Shown: positions 23,455-36,645, counted from the whole stretch's first letter. The stretch: 63,250 bases of DNA, filler included, from Licmophora abbreviata (GCA_900291995.1; 21 parts of 21 records of this genome joined end to end with filler, not necessarily neighbours in it), one strand, 5' to 3'. Notes: generated from the sequence alone by a model not told the origin. A program made the numbers and translations.

Positions 23455-25494
23455 ATGACGAGGAAACGCCGTCGCATCTCGTCGTTTGTACCTTTGGAGC
23501 AACGTTGGAGACTTCGCCTGTTGTGGAGTGTAGTCTTGGTGCTATCAGTGTCAAAGGGGGGAGCTTGGATAGTCAATTTGAGACCGAGATTGAGATGCCC
23601 CTCGAGTCGTCCGCCCTTATTTCCCGAAGTGTCTTTGGTGATGACACGACACGCTGCTGGACGTCGACCCTGTCCAACGTCCCTCTGTGCTTCCAAGCGA
23701 GGAGACTCACACAGGCATGAACGAAGAAAAAATCATCGTCTGCCGTATCGGTTGGGTGGTCAAGCCTTTTTTGGGACGCCGAAAGAACAGCAGCAGCATC
23801 GAGACGACATCGACGAGTCCCTGTCAGCGCCTTTGGCCAGGTTGGAGGAGACCCAGGATGCCACTTCTGTCACTATGACGATACGACCCTCGAAGGATAG
23901 GACTCGGATAGTGAACGAGACGCTTACGTTGGCGGTAAACACAACTGACCCACCTCCGCTATCACTGGAACGTCCCCGTTCGACGGGTTCGCCCAGTAGC
24001 TTCTTCTCGACTTGGCCCATCACAGCACTATCTGCCAAGTCCTCACTTGGTACTTCTAGCGGACTGAAGAAAAAGAAGAAAAAAGCAAATCCGAAGGAAT
24101 TGTCGTTGCTACCAAACAAGGACAGGGACGCCGTCATCACTCTCGGCGACCTGGAACAAATACTCGAAGCAAATGGATATGTGAAACGATCAGAACTGGA
24201 AACGGACCGTTTCTCTCGAAAATCGACCCCATCATTGGATAGCTCCACAGGTGTGTCAAAAACAGTGCCCCTTACGAAATCTGGAGTTGCCATGCCGCAA
24301 CTGTCTGTCTTGAGCTATCGCGACCTGACTGTGGGATGTACAATTGCTGCTGGAGCTTTTGGAATGGTGCTGAGTTCGACGGTACTACCGAACCTGTGGC
24401 TGATCGGTGCCCTCTTTGGCGGCATGTATGGCTACGACCTATCGCAAAAGGCACGAGAGAAGCAACCCACCTTTGTCTTGAACAATCTCATTGTTCTTTC
24501 AGGACGCAAGCTCGCCAAGGGCTGCTTATTCGTGTACGATGCGGTGAATGGCGTATGGTTCATGTACAGGACGGGCCAGTTAAGTTACTCGTACTACAAA
24601 CAGTACTCGAGGTTGGACCAAAGGTTCGCCATCAGTGACAAGGTGGATGCCTGGAATGCTCGTTTTCAAGAAGGTAAGGCAAACTTTGATCGATGGGAGC
24701 AAGAAAACGAAGTCGGACGAAGAGTCTTGGCGGGGATGAGGACGGCGTGGCTCGTCGGAGAGAGACGGTAAGTAGTCGTGCGTTCTTTTGTGTGATCTAC
24801 ACTTGTGCAATGCTGTGGCTTGTACTACTCACGCGAAACTCTCCTGCGTCGCAGGCGAGGCAAGAGAAGATCGAAGTATCGGGTTGTCCAATCCTTCTAT
24901 GACGTATCGGGTTGGTTGCGAAGACTTATGTCTGCCGTTTGGAATTCCGCAACGGGTGGTGGCGGCTCGGAACTAAGAGAAGTCATGAGAGGGATTCGAA
25001 TCGACGTGTCTGAGTCGCGTATGAATGAGATTGGGCCACGGATAGGTGCCGCCACGACGGCGCTTGTGACAATCTACATGGTGGGAGCACTGTATTCGCT
25101 TTCGGCACGGCTTCTAGGCTTCTTGGCCATCTTGACAGGCTTGGTGTGGCCCACATGGGTGATCGAGCTAGGCGATCGGTTTCGTGTGCTGTTCAGCGAG
25201 CTACGTGCTCGCGGTCGAGGCGAAGAGCTACCTCCAGAGCGCAAGAACCGTCGACCATCATCCTCTCGACTGGCGTCTGTGCGATACGACAAGAACAGAT
25301 ATCATTATTTTACCCGACAAGATGGTAGCAAGCGATGGTACCGCACGGGAAGACCGGTATTTCGATCCGAGGAGCCTGTAAAGACGCAAGGCCCGTGGTG
25401 GTCTACGGGCAGCGATCGGTTCTTACAATCAAGCCGAGCCAAGGGCAACCAAGACGACCGAAAATTGGGATGGAATCTCGTTGGTAGGTCGTGA
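23455..25494 (+). CDS. Uncharacterised, probably plastid-targeted membrane protein (intron about 24768-24854)
   Basis: Signal-like LLWSVVLVLSVSKGGAW; TM segments; a GTAAGT..GCAG intron links ORFs 23323 and 24805. Confidence 0.65.
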
Positions 25495-25948
25495 GTGAAA
25501 GTCTACGTAGATATACCGTTATCGATAAGCTCTTGCGATTTTACCGATGCGGAGTCGAGTGTTTTACCGTTGGAGGTGGTGGTCATGCTGGATGGATTGA
25601 TCATGCCAAATGCAGTAGTGTCAAGACTAAGGTGGATATCTTGTCCACATTCGTGTACTTTCAACGTGCATTTAGCTCGTATCCCATGTCGAGAAAACTC
25701 TTGGCGCCCCAGACCGATCTCAGTTGGGGTGAGCTGTAGCCCTTGTGCACTTCACGGGTGCGTTCGAGATGGCCAAGGGGATAGCAGTAAAAGTGGACGA
25801 CCGACAAGAATCGAAGTGCCACCCGGCTCGATCCTGCAGCTTCGCGAGCTCTACAAGCCATACGCATACCTCGCAACTCGCGTTGCAAACCTCCTTTCAA
25901 ACTCAAAACTTTGTTCACTTTTTTCTTCCAACGGCAGGTGCTTCGACC

Positions 25949-27286
25949 ATGGACAACGCCTGCTGCGGGGACTCCTCAATTTCGCTGCAAGGCGAAGCTC
26001 TCGACGTGATTCTTGTTCGTCCAAACGCTGAACTTCAAGATGCGCTCCCGTCCTGCAGCGACTTTTCGGTCCATTTTCCGCACATGAAGCAAGCGAGAAT
26101 CGTTCAAGTACGTGTCAATGGCCGTCTTGTACGCGAATTGACCATGCAGTACAATTCTGAAAAGAAGCATTGTCGTTTTGAGAGAGGAAAGGCCATCAAG
26201 CCTGAGAAGACCGCGCTGATAACTCTGCTACAGGAACACGTGCCCGACGAGACCAATGATGCAAGCCCGCATGCTGAGAAGGACAACATCACGCTGCAAT
26301 ATGACTTGCTAGACGGCCGAGAAAAGCTACTCGCGACAGCATCATCGAACTTGTTCGTCTGGGACCACCATGATTCTGTTGTCGTATGTGATATAGACGG
26401 TACCATTACCAAGAGTAACGCTCTTGGAGCGCTCGCCACCATGATTCTGGACAACTACGACTATGTACACGACGGTGTTTGCGCCTTTCTGCAAAAGTTG
26501 TCGACGAAGTGTCGCGTACGGATACTCTACTTGACGTCGCGGCCAATTGGTTACGCTCAAACCACGCGCAAGTTTCTCACCAATCTCCTCCAGGACGACT
26601 CGCGGACCCAGCTACCTCGTGGGCCGCTCTTTTTACACTCGGGAAATCTTGGGAAGGTACTTTTCTCAGAGCTCATCACGAGGGACATGCACGAGTTCAA
26701 GAGTGACACGTTGTTTCGGCAAGTCGTCTTGCCATTTGTTGCAGCGGGACGGTCACATAGTATTGATCATAGCCACAGCGAGCAAAAAACTTCATCGACT
26801 ACCATCAGACGCCTTGACGACATTCTGGTGGCAGGATTTGGAAACTCAATAACAGATGTGGTTGCGTACGAAATGGTGGGGATCGCACGAGAGAATATCT
26901 ACATGATCGACAAAAAGAGTTGCATAAGCTGTATCGATGAGCGAAGTATTCAGCCATCGGGTGAAACCAAGGCTTTGGCTTCAAAAGAGCAGCGAGCCTT
27001 GATAGAAACGGTACAGGCCGACCTCCACGAGGCAAGGATTCAACAAGCATATGCAGAGTCGGTTCCCAGCGGGTCAGAAGCATCGCTGAATGGCAACGTG
27101 AAAAATACAACCGATAAGAACCGCAACGCAAACATTTTGAAGAGGCGGCGTCGAAGTTCCATCAAGAAAATTATGGGACCGCGATTCAGCGGCTACCAGG
27201 ATCCGGAACTATGGAAGAATATCGTCTCCAAGCTGGAGGCGGCGACAAAGCCACAGAAAGCCCGAAGTAACACGTGCATGTTTTAG
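25949..27286 (+). CDS. Lipin/Pah-type phosphatidate phosphatase (compact N-LIP plus LNS2/C-LIP)
   Basis: GEALDVILVR N-LIP motif, catalytic DIDGTITKS, YLTSRP, LPRGP and AGFGNSITD; start codon uncertain. Confidence 0.88.
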   Translation: MDNACCGDSSISLQGEALDVILVRPNAELQDALPSCSDFSVHFPHMKQARIVQVRVNGRLVRELTMQYNSEKKHCRFERGKAIKPEKTALITLLQEHVPDETNDASPHAEKDNITLQYDLLDGREKLLATASSNLFVWDHHDSVVVCDIDGTITKSNALGALATMILDNYDYVHDGVCAFLQKLSTKCRVRILYLTSRPIGYAQTTRKFLTNLLQDDSRTQLPRGPLFLHSGNLGKVLFSELITRDMHEFKSDTLFRQVVLPFVAAGRSHSIDHSHSEQKTSSTTIRRLDDILVAGFGNSITDVVAYEMVGIARENIYMIDKKSCISCIDERSIQPSGETKALASKEQRALIETVQADLHEARIQQAYAESVPSGSEASLNGNVKNTTDKNRNANILKRRRRSSIKKIMGPRFSGYQDPELWKNIVSKLEAATKPQKARSNTCMF

Positions 27287-27344
27287 ACCGGTACCAAGTG
27301 GTATTTGTGATAGAGACGACGTTAAACTACTAGTGGAGCGTAAA

Positions 27345-28015
27345 CTATAATGATTCGTTTTCGGAGGTGCGCGCGCGTTGCCTCAGTTGCAGTTCAATCG
27401 CATTCTGAGTGACACAGGCCCCAAGCTCCTCCTGCACTTTGCGACACGGCACGGCATTTGAATTACCATCAGACTTCTTTTCGTATGCAGTGTCATGAAC
27501 GTTCAGCACATCTTTCTGATCATACTGCTGAAAGCACTCCTTCAGCTTCGCCAAGTGAGTGGAACAGCCCAGGGCGACCGACCGACATCCCCAGAGACTG
27601 TGTGTTTCGCGAGCACAGGTTGGGGGAGTGGAGGGAACCGTAGCAGGAGTCTCCTTCTTAGTGTTATCTGACTGTATTGCCACTTTTTCCTGCTTATCTT
27701 CGTTTCCTCCCTCGGATTGGCTCGCGGGCATTGATAGGACGCTCCCTCCAACACGCTGCGGCGCCGACTCACGCCAGTCAAAGTAGCGCGTCATGCGCAT
27801 GCCAGGAATGGTCTGTTCGATTTCCCCGTCTTGGTAGGGTCTCTCTTCTACATCTGCATCCCTAGCTATCCTCTTTCCCTTCTTTCTACCACCACTAGTC
27901 GCTTCTGACAATGCCTCGTTTCGAGAATGCTGACATCTCTTCAGTACAAACTCCAAATCCCTACATTGCTGCAATCGTTCGAGTCGTTGACGATCTGAAA
28001 AGTCTATGCACAAGG
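27345..28015 (-). CDS. Protein with four CX9C motifs (CHCH-type, probably mitochondrial intermembrane space); 5' end in spacer
   Basis: CRDLEFVLKRC, CARETHSLWGC, CSTHLAKLKEC and CRKVQEELGAC. Confidence 0.65.
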
Positions 28016-28115
28016 NNNNNNNNNNNNNNNNNNNNNNNNNNNNNNNNNNNNNNNNNNNNTTAATTAATTAANNNNNNNNNNNNNNNNNNNNNNNNNNNNN
28101 NNNNNNNNNNNNNNN

Positions 28116-30871
28116 CGAAACGAAAGAGGACTCCGAGTACCGCACCGTCGTTCCCCGCAATTACGAAAAAGATCGCGAAAACTGAGGGGAAGAGACGAAA
28201 GCCGCAACCCAAAGCGAAACGAAACAATCATCACTTGTTGAGAGACGCTCGTCTGGACGTCAAGCACAAGTTGGTCGGACGAAGCGGCCGGTCTCGACGC
28301 ATGCTTCGCCATCCGTCAAAAACACGGGACACCAAGATACACACACGTCGTATCAGGCCGCCAACACAACTTGAGTTTCCGGTAGCAGATGTTCCCTATG
28401 ATGAAACACCGTGGTATCAAGAAGAATTCAACGAGACTATGGCCTCAAGTCATTCTTACGCAACAGTTGCCACGCACCATGTAGAGTTTCCTACTTCTCA
28501 TGTCTCCGAAGATTTGCTGCAGAAATTGGATCGTGAACTACTTCAATTCTCCCGGTACGTTCGCCTGACGCCCGTCGAAGAGGAAGCTCGAAGCTTTGTA
28601 ATTTCCAAAGTATGCGAAATTGCGAGGCGGGAACTCGATCCCAATCGACGGAAGAGGAAGCGGGACGAAATAGTTGATGCCTCGGGTGAAGATTCGAATA
28701 TTTGGATAGAAGCGTTTGGCTCTTACGCTACGAAAAGTGTGTGCATGTTTTCCAGTGATGTCGATTTGGCAGTCTGGGGCGTTGTTCCTACACCTCAGCA
28801 TTCTAGATTCGTCTCGAACGACGAGGAAGATGATGCCCAACAACCGCTCAAACAGAAAGCCAGGGTCAGAGAAAGCCAAGTCCAGCGATGGAGAGAGGCG
28901 TTGGCGGAACTTGACGCAGTGGATGGGGACGAACCAGTGGTAGCACATGGAGACGACGATGTAGTGTCAGTCAGCAAGGACCGCTCGAGGGGGGACCAGC
29001 GCAACGCTGCGCCAGAAAGTATTGAAGAAGCGGTTACATTTGGTGAGCAAGGGGAAGGCGATTTGCCTCTTTCTATCATAGACCGAGAGGGCGCGAAAAG
29101 CTCGGTCCATGATGCTGCCGAGGCGGGCCATGAAGAGATTACAACTGCTGTGAATAGTTCGTCAATGAAAGCTGAAGCGGTGACCGCCGGACAGAGGGAA
29201 CTGCCTGACACCACCACGACAGAAGAGATTGCAGACGGAGGAGCAAGAAAACCCATCGTCCTTTCGACTACCAAGAACCACTCGAATGGAGACCAGGGCA
29301 AGGCTGCCGCACAGCGTATGGAAGAATCATTTACGTTTGATGCGAAAATTGTCGACGATATGCCTATTTTTGTCATCGATCGAGAGGGTGCGAAACGCTC
29401 TGGGTGCGGTTCTGCCGAGGCGGGCCATGAAGCGATTACGACTGCTGTGCACAATTCGTCAATGAAAGCCGAAACGGCGCCCACCGGACAGAGGGATCTG
29501 TCTGGCACCACCATGCTAGACGAGATCACTGACGGAGAAGTAAGAAAACCTCTCATCTCTTCGAATGAAGCGGCCGATTATGTTCTTTCGGACAGCGACG
29601 TCGACACGGCAGACAAGCTTGAAGCACTTGGAAACCGAAAGCCTGTCCCTTCAACATTTGCCGTGGAAGGAAGCGCTAAGGCCCCAGTCAGCGAACATGG
29701 CAATGAAGACTCCTTGGAGGTTTCATATGTTGCCCAAGCAATCCCAGCTGGTAGTGGAATTGAAAAGTTCGGTCCAACAGGCGAAACACGAGTGCTGGTT
29801 GTTCGAGGGTTGAAAACGCTTGGAGGACATCTTCGAGGGGAGTCTTTCATCCATACAGTAGACGTGAGAAACCGTGCCCGCGTTCCAATTGTCTGCATCG
29901 GTACGCGTTTTGGGTTTGAGACCGATATTGCCGTTGGAGGCCATAATGGTACCGATACCAGCAAATTCGCGTCGGCGCAAGTTGACCGTTTTACAAGGTA
30001 CGACGGAGGACGTGTCAATGTCTTTTCTGGGATTGTATGGTTGCTCATGGTCGTCACTGGCTTTCTTTGTCGGATGTTTAGTTTTGCGCCTGTTGTGCTG
30101 TTCTTGAAGGCGCTGCTGAGCCAGCAGGCGCTGGACAAGCCGTTCACCGGGGGTCTTGGAAGCTACAAGCTTTACGTGTTGGTCGCAAGTCACGTAAGTT
30201 TATCCTTGCAGCTCGGATTCAGCTCTGGCTCTGGTGGTCCAATGTCTCGCTCCTGCTGACAGTCGAATGTTATATGTCCACCTACTGTCATGCTCGTACA
30301 GCTGGAGCAACATCTTGGACTGGGAGGGAACGATCGTCCTTCCGAAGTGATTGTGAGCTTTCTCTATCGCTATGAGCTTGCGGATTCGCAGCGTAGTACG
30401 TACCTGGACTCTTCGTTCAGTGTTCAGAGGACCCCATTGACGCGGGGGACAGTCATTCGCTGCGATGGGGGCTCGGCGGACTTGCAGCCAGTGTTTCAGT
30501 TGGACGCACTGTGTGAGACGTTTCGGTCCGCACTCGCTCGGATACGAGCAAGGCTCAAGACCTCACAGAACGCCGTTTCGTTTCTGTCGTGTGTCGTCAA
30601 TGCCGATCGATTGTATGATCATCGCCAACGGACGCTGAAGAAGGCACAGTCAGTGTCGTCGCACATCGAAGCTAACGATCTGATGTATCGGCACGCATGG
30701 CATCAGCGCCAGCGAAGTCATCGACCCTCGGGCGAAATCGTTCCATCTGAAACTGTTTTGAAGAAAGAGAGGGGCCCTAGCCAGCGTACGATTGCTCGTA
30801 AGCGCGCGAGGGACAATCGCAGACGCGAGAGCAAGAAGGCTCGCGACAATGCACTGTTAGGGCTGACCTAA
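28116..30871 (+). CDS. Non-canonical poly(A) polymerase, Trf4/PAPD5-like (multi-exon; start uncertain)
   Basis: FGSYAT..SSDVDL, ARVPIV, third Asp in FETDIAV, FTGGLGSYKL; introns near 29998-30081 and 30194-30301. Confidence 0.85.
29024..29565 (+). repeat. Diverged internal duplication with a 297-bp period inside the PAPD5 insert
   Basis: IDREGAK..AEAGHE.ITTAV..SSMKAE..GQR occurs twice, units starting at 29024 and 29321. Confidence 0.9.
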
Positions 30872-31465
30872 GAGTTGCTGACGGTCCAGCCATGAGACGC
30901 GATACTTCCGGCAAGCGAGGATTGGTATTGTACTCCGAAGTGTATCATAGTTGGTAGGAGCCAATCTAGTCGGAGAATTTTCCGGAATCTTGGTATTTCA
31001 TACCATACTTTTGACCTCCTCTAGAGTCTGCTGTCGTATGATACATGAGATAATATGAAGGACGCCTCGGTGTCTCGTANNNNNNNNNNNNNNNNNNNNN
31101 NNNNNNNNNNNNNNNNNNNNNNNTTAATTAATTAANNNNNNNNNNNNNNNNNNNNNNNNNNNNNNNNNNNNNNNNNNNNCCTGAAATCGGCGGGCCTCGC
31201 TTTCAGCAGTGACATCGTCGACCACACAAAAATGTCGATCAACGATCTTTTTACCGGATTGATGAAATGACTAGAAGATGAACGCGAAGGATCCAGGGAG
31301 ACCATATCATAGAGACGCTTGTTCGACGTTGCCGGTCTTGTTTGGTTTAGAAAGCCGCTCCGATTTCATCGCGGTCGTGACTTCTGCTGGATGATTCAAG
31401 GAGCTGCATTGAAGAAGTAGTGTTGTTTTCGCCTTGAAGCCGATTGTGAAAATCAATTCAAAAAG

Positions 31466-33752
31466 ATGACACCAGCTGTGTCATTGTCACGCCCGTGGAT
31501 TTCCTTGTGTCTTCTACTGCTGGCAGTTCTGTCTCTTCCAGGAAGCTGTCAGGCTGCTCCCAAACGTCGAAATCTCCGTCGTGTCGCGTACAACGTGTAT
31601 TCGTCGTACCAGCTGCCCAGGTTTGACGTCCGCCTAGTCACACCGCAGCCTCAAGACACTGAAGCATTCTCGCTGGAATCGATCGGCACGGCGATTCAGC
31701 AAGAGACCGAAGGGTACCTTAAGGACTTTATGAGTGGATCGTTGCTAGGAGGGTACTATCCGTGGCAATTCGTGCGCTCGATTGACTTGTTTGTCAGTTT
31801 GCGAGTCGAAGACCAAGACTCGTCGCAACTCGATCTCCACGCCCAGCTCTACGGCACCGTGACAGTCCCGGACCCGGCGGATCCGTCACTGCGTCCTACC
31901 AGGGATCAAGCTTCTGAGATTCTCGGCAAACTACTGGACAAAGCGTTTCAATTTGGACAGGCGGATATTTACAAAGAACGACTCATCAAGCATTCAGACA
32001 CGCTATTGCAGAGTGTCGAGTCGATAGAGGTATCAACAGATGGGCACTCATACGGAGATACCGTTGACATATCGCCAGTCTCGACTGGTGAAAGTTCATC
32101 TTCTACTCCTTGGTCAGGAGGTGAGATCGCGTTGCTTGTCACCATGCTGGTCTTTCTACTTGCAATCACGGTATTTGCGATTGTGTACGTACGAAACGAT
32201 CGACGACGAAAGAAGCAAAACTACGTGGAGTACAACGACAATGATGCCTCGCACCAACATCACTCGCGGTCACGAGAAAGTACGAATGAAACGGGCCGAA
32301 GCAGCATTTCGAATATGATTGCATCATCTTTACTGTCTGGTTCTGACCCCGCCCACAACGGCACGAATGGCGATCTTTCTGTCGTGCCCGTGGCGGTGCA
32401 ACAAGGCCAGGGAGTTGTAGTCAGGCGATACGTTCGGACGATTGGAGAGACCTTCGAGTTCTTGTACGGTGCTTCCTTTCTACATTCAGATCGTGCGCTT
32501 GTCGAGATGAGGACCAATCGACGTAGGAAGTCGCGACGAAAGAGATCTCGTAGGTCAACGATGAACATGCAACACATGTTGAGCATCGCTGAAGAACCCA
32601 CCCAGTCCGGGCCTTCACCATGGCAAGTTCCAGCCGGGGTCCTGTCCCCAGCACCAAGGAGAGCCAGGACGCCAGAAAGTGGCGGAGTGCGTCAGTGGGC
32701 CCATCAATTTGTCCGATACTTCGATGCTACGAGTACGCCGGGTCATGGTGCTCGTAACGATCCGACGCGGCCTCGCCAGGAAGCACCAGCTGTCTATCGA
32801 GACTTTCCTCGTCATGATGGAACGCCATGTCTCATGTACTCACTAAATGAGAATAGAGACCAGCTAGCCATTGAGTCTCCGCAACGAGACGATTCCAACT
32901 GTCATGATAGTGTCGACATTGTGGACGTCGACAGCATGCTGGTGGGGCAGAGCGGAGAAGTCTCCGTGGTGGACACGTCTCGCAACTTGAATTCGGCCGA
33001 GCATGTTGAGGCGTTCGTCGATAGGTTGGAGGGACTCATGGCTGTTCGTCACCAGCAGTACCAAGAGCGAGTCAAGATGGATCGAGATCGCGAAGAGTAC
33101 GGTCGAGAGTTGCAGCGCGAGAATGGACACCCCTCGGACGACGCTTCATCTCCGGAAATGACGAGGTTCGCTTCGAAGCTCCCCAAGACAGTAGCGGCAA
33201 CGCCATCGACGATCTCTGCAGCAACGACACTGACACGTCTTGGAGCCACCCAAACGCCGACGACGATGGAACCAACCGTCGCATCCTCGATTGCGACACC
33301 AGCAGCAGCCTACGTCCTCACACACCTGGGCGGCACAGCGGTAGAAATGCCAACTCCAACTCGAGCGACGACCTACCCGTGTTCGATGGCGACACCTGCG
33401 GCTGCATCCGCGCTCGCGCAGCTTGGGTCGTCGATCGCCACGATCGAGCCCTCGTCCCATCAGTCGCAACCAAGGTCCATCATGGCGACTCCCGCCGNNN
33501 NNNNNNNNNNNNNNNNNNNNNNNNNNNNNNNNNNNNNNNNNTTAATTAATTAANNNNNNNNNNNNNNNNNNNNNNNNNNNNNNNNNNNNNNNNNNNNTCA
33601 TGCCGTCGCTGGCGAGAGAGTTAACCAAAGAAGGAGCATCGACGCCATTTCCCGAAGACAATGACATGACCGTCTCCCTACCATTGAAGCCGGTGGTATC
33701 AATGGATGAGGATGACACCAACAATGCCCAATCAGCCATCTTGCATCTCTAG
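31466..33752 (+). CDS. Type I membrane protein with a long disordered cytoplasmic tail (spans spacer 33498-33597)
   Basis: Signal peptide, about 180-aa ectodomain, TM IALLVTMLVFLLAITVFAIVYV, ATPxxxxxLxxLG repeats; an open frame after the spacer ends at TAG 33752. Confidence 0.75.
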
Positions 33753-33983
33753 AGCTGGAGGTGCAAGCGCAAGCGGGGGCAATGTTGGCTAGAAGCGAGC
33801 TACAAAACGCTAGAGCATAGAAAGAGAGTAGAAAGGTCCAAAGACTAAGAAAACAAAAACTAGCTAGAGACTAATTGCGACAAAAGACTAGATCTACTTT
33901 TCGTCCCGCCGAAGCACCTCTTCCATTTTTTGTTCGACCCTGCTGCCATTGTTCAAAGCAATGTCCTTCGGTCTACAAATACA

Positions 33984-34819
33984 CTAGAACCCGTCCCCCA
34001 CAACGTACGGACAAGTGTTGAGCAATTTCTCTGTTTTCAGTGCTCCTAACGTGAATTCCGCGAGATCAGCGTACGTGACAGGAACTGGACCAGGCAGCTG
34101 CAAGCACAAAGCAGCCAAGAGCCAAGGAAACGAAGAGCGTGAGAGTCATACAATGACATCAGTATGCCGCCTACACCCAAGTGTATACTCACCGACTTGG
34201 ACGCACACAACTTCTTTCGAGCTGCCCCCTCCCGGAGCAACCCAGGCCTTGTCACAATGAAATCAAAATACTCGTTCCTGTTCTCACTAATGAAAGTAAC
34301 GACATGATCATGATCCTTGGCCGCCATATTCTTTCCGACCACATTGGTGGATAGCTTCAAGACATTCGCTAGGACGGGAGTCTTGCGGGAGGCATCGACT
34401 GTCAGCGATGTAGCTTGGTACAGAAAGACTCGTGTACAGGATTCCGCCATGAGCGGATAGAGAGACTTGACAAATTCGGTCATGCAGTTGGCCTGGTATT
34501 CCTTTCGTTTCTTCGGCAAGGTATCGATCAACAAGCAGACGACATAAGTGGCATTCTTAATGACTCGTCCCAGTGAATCAGTATCGTCCAAGTCCCCTTC
34601 GACCACCGTAACTCGCTCGCTGCTGTGCATTTCAATGTCGGTGATGTGGTCCGCCAGTGCACGAACGACATATCCAGCGTCCAGTGCGAGCTTCACAAAA
34701 TGCCCGCCGGTCGCTCCCTGGCCTCCAAACACAGCTATTGTCTCATCCATCGTTGCATCCTCAGTATCTGAAGCGTAAGAGTCGAACGATTTCTCGGAAG
34801 AAGCCTGTACGGGCGCCAT
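33984..34819 (-). CDS. NAD(P)-binding Rossmann protein, flavin reductase/BLVRB-like (2 exons)
   Basis: IAVFGGQGATG, VEGDL, VTRPGLL; a GTGAGT..TTGCAG intron leads to LPGPVPVTYADLAEF..PYVVGDGF*. Confidence 0.8.
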
Positions 34820-35368
34820 GGTGATGATGTATCTGGTGTACGACACGCGTACTATAGTGATCGCTGATGTCGAGAGGGACCGGTATGGGCCGGGCCATCA
34901 TCAACTAACCGTCAACGACCAAGTTGAATTTTGAACTCAGTCTTGGCACGATGCAGTCCCGTTTGCGAGCTCTGAGCTCCTTAAACCTTTTCCAACGGTC
35001 GATCGGAAGATATTTCGGATTAATAAAATGTATTAGCAGCTGAATATACTTCATTTTCATACGTGATTAATACACGAATATCGTGGAATGCTCACCAGCG
35101 AAACTGATACAGACTGACATTTTTCCATCTCACTTTTTCGCGATCGACAGGACATCGTATTTTCCTTTGCACGAGAGAAGTCAAAGAAAGCCTTATCCTT
35201 GCTCCCTACAGAGTCCCTCCCATTTAAGTTGCTCACTTGTGCGCTCCGAACGAGTAGTTGAGAACTGCAGACTCGAAGAGAGCCGTAATTGATAACCCAA
35301 ACCGAACAACGATCAGTTCTCACGCTCCGCGCTCCACGATCTCACATCGATCACGCTACTACGCAAAC

Positions 35369-36385
35369 ATGCGAGTTGCCACGATGGCCCGCGCCTTCAC
35401 AATAGGCCTCATGTCTACTGTAGCTCTTGCGGACAGCGGCGTCGTCACTTACCCCCTGCCTAGATTCCGAATGCTGATCAATATGAACACAAATGACATC
35501 GAACTCGATGAGCTTCTCGCCCCTCTTTCGCAACTGACAGGTCAACACATGATAAGCGTCTTTGACAAGATTTTGAAGTCTGATGCTGGTGGTTCCATCC
35601 CAGGTGGCGAAGAGAGCATCGACAGCATTGAGCTGTCATTAGGGTTGCAGCGAGTGGATCACTTCACGGCTCTGACATCATCATGGCGTTCCGTCCTTCA
35701 AGCCAACTTCGAAGGTACAGCCAAATTCAATAGGCACGACGAGACAACGTCCCTTGTGACAGACGAGCTGATTCTGGGTATGACGAAGTTTGCCTTCAAG
35801 AACACGATGCAGATCGACCGTCTCATGCAGCGCTTTGGAGGTCATCCACTGTTGAAGAATGTCAAAGACTTCGAGGTTGTGATTGCTGAGGGTGATGATG
35901 AGGCAGCCCAAGATCAGGATGAGACTGGGACCAACAACCTGATTGAAACAATGACTGGCGGAGGCCTTGCTCTTTTATTCCTCACCTTTTCGGCCGTACT
36001 AGCTCTGTCCCTGGCTGGATTTTGTGTCTATCGGTGCTTCGCTCGAAAGACCCATACGGTTACGGAAACTGAATCATCTGTCACTAGTGAACACAAGGCC
36101 GAGAAGTCCACCGATGTCGATTCCATGTCGACAGAGGAGGAAATGGTTACTTCCTCATCGGATGAGGAAGAAGCAGAGGAGCCGTCTTCACATCTTGCTG
36201 AATGGGGCTCGTGGGCTCTTGCCGTGGCACGTCCTCCGCCCCTTCAATCGCGAAAGAGAAAGCCGAGAAAGACAACACGCGTGACGACAACGCAGAAGTC
36301 TTCACCAATGACCCCGACTCTCAATGTCATTCAAGAAGAAGAGATGGATGAAGCCCGAGAGACCTCATCACTTGTAGAGGTCTAG
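35369..36385 (+). CDS. Type I membrane protein, distant paralog of the 31466 gene
   Basis: Signal peptide, ectodomain sharing YxLPRF and other motifs, single TM helix, acidic/basic tail. Confidence 0.7.
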   Translation: MRVATMARAFTIGLMSTVALADSGVVTYPLPRFRMLINMNTNDIELDELLAPLSQLTGQHMISVFDKILKSDAGGSIPGGEESIDSIELSLGLQRVDHFTALTSSWRSVLQANFEGTAKFNRHDETTSLVTDELILGMTKFAFKNTMQIDRLMQRFGGHPLLKNVKDFEVVIAEGDDEAAQDQDETGTNNLIETMTGGGLALLFLTFSAVLALSLAGFCVYRCFARKTHTVTETESSVTSEHKAEKSTDVDSMSTEEEMVTSSSDEEEAEEPSSHLAEWGSWALAVARPPPLQSRKRKPRKTTRVTTTQKSSPMTPTLNVIQEEEMDEARETSSLVEV

Positions 36386-36645
36386 AGAATAGGAGCTGCG
36401 CGCTCATCTAGTTCAGCATCGCTCATACAGCATGTAGTATTCTGGCCCTTACCACTTCGATTGGGGACTGACTACAAAGGAGACAAGACATGGTCGCCCG
36501 AAAATTTCGATACTGGCACAGCGATTGAGACATGACCTCTAGTTTAGACATTAAAATGGAAAGTACATTGCATGAATGAAGCGTTCCTCAGTCAGCTCCC
36601 GTTCACAATGTACACTTTCTCAATTGTCCCCCGATTGCTCTCATA

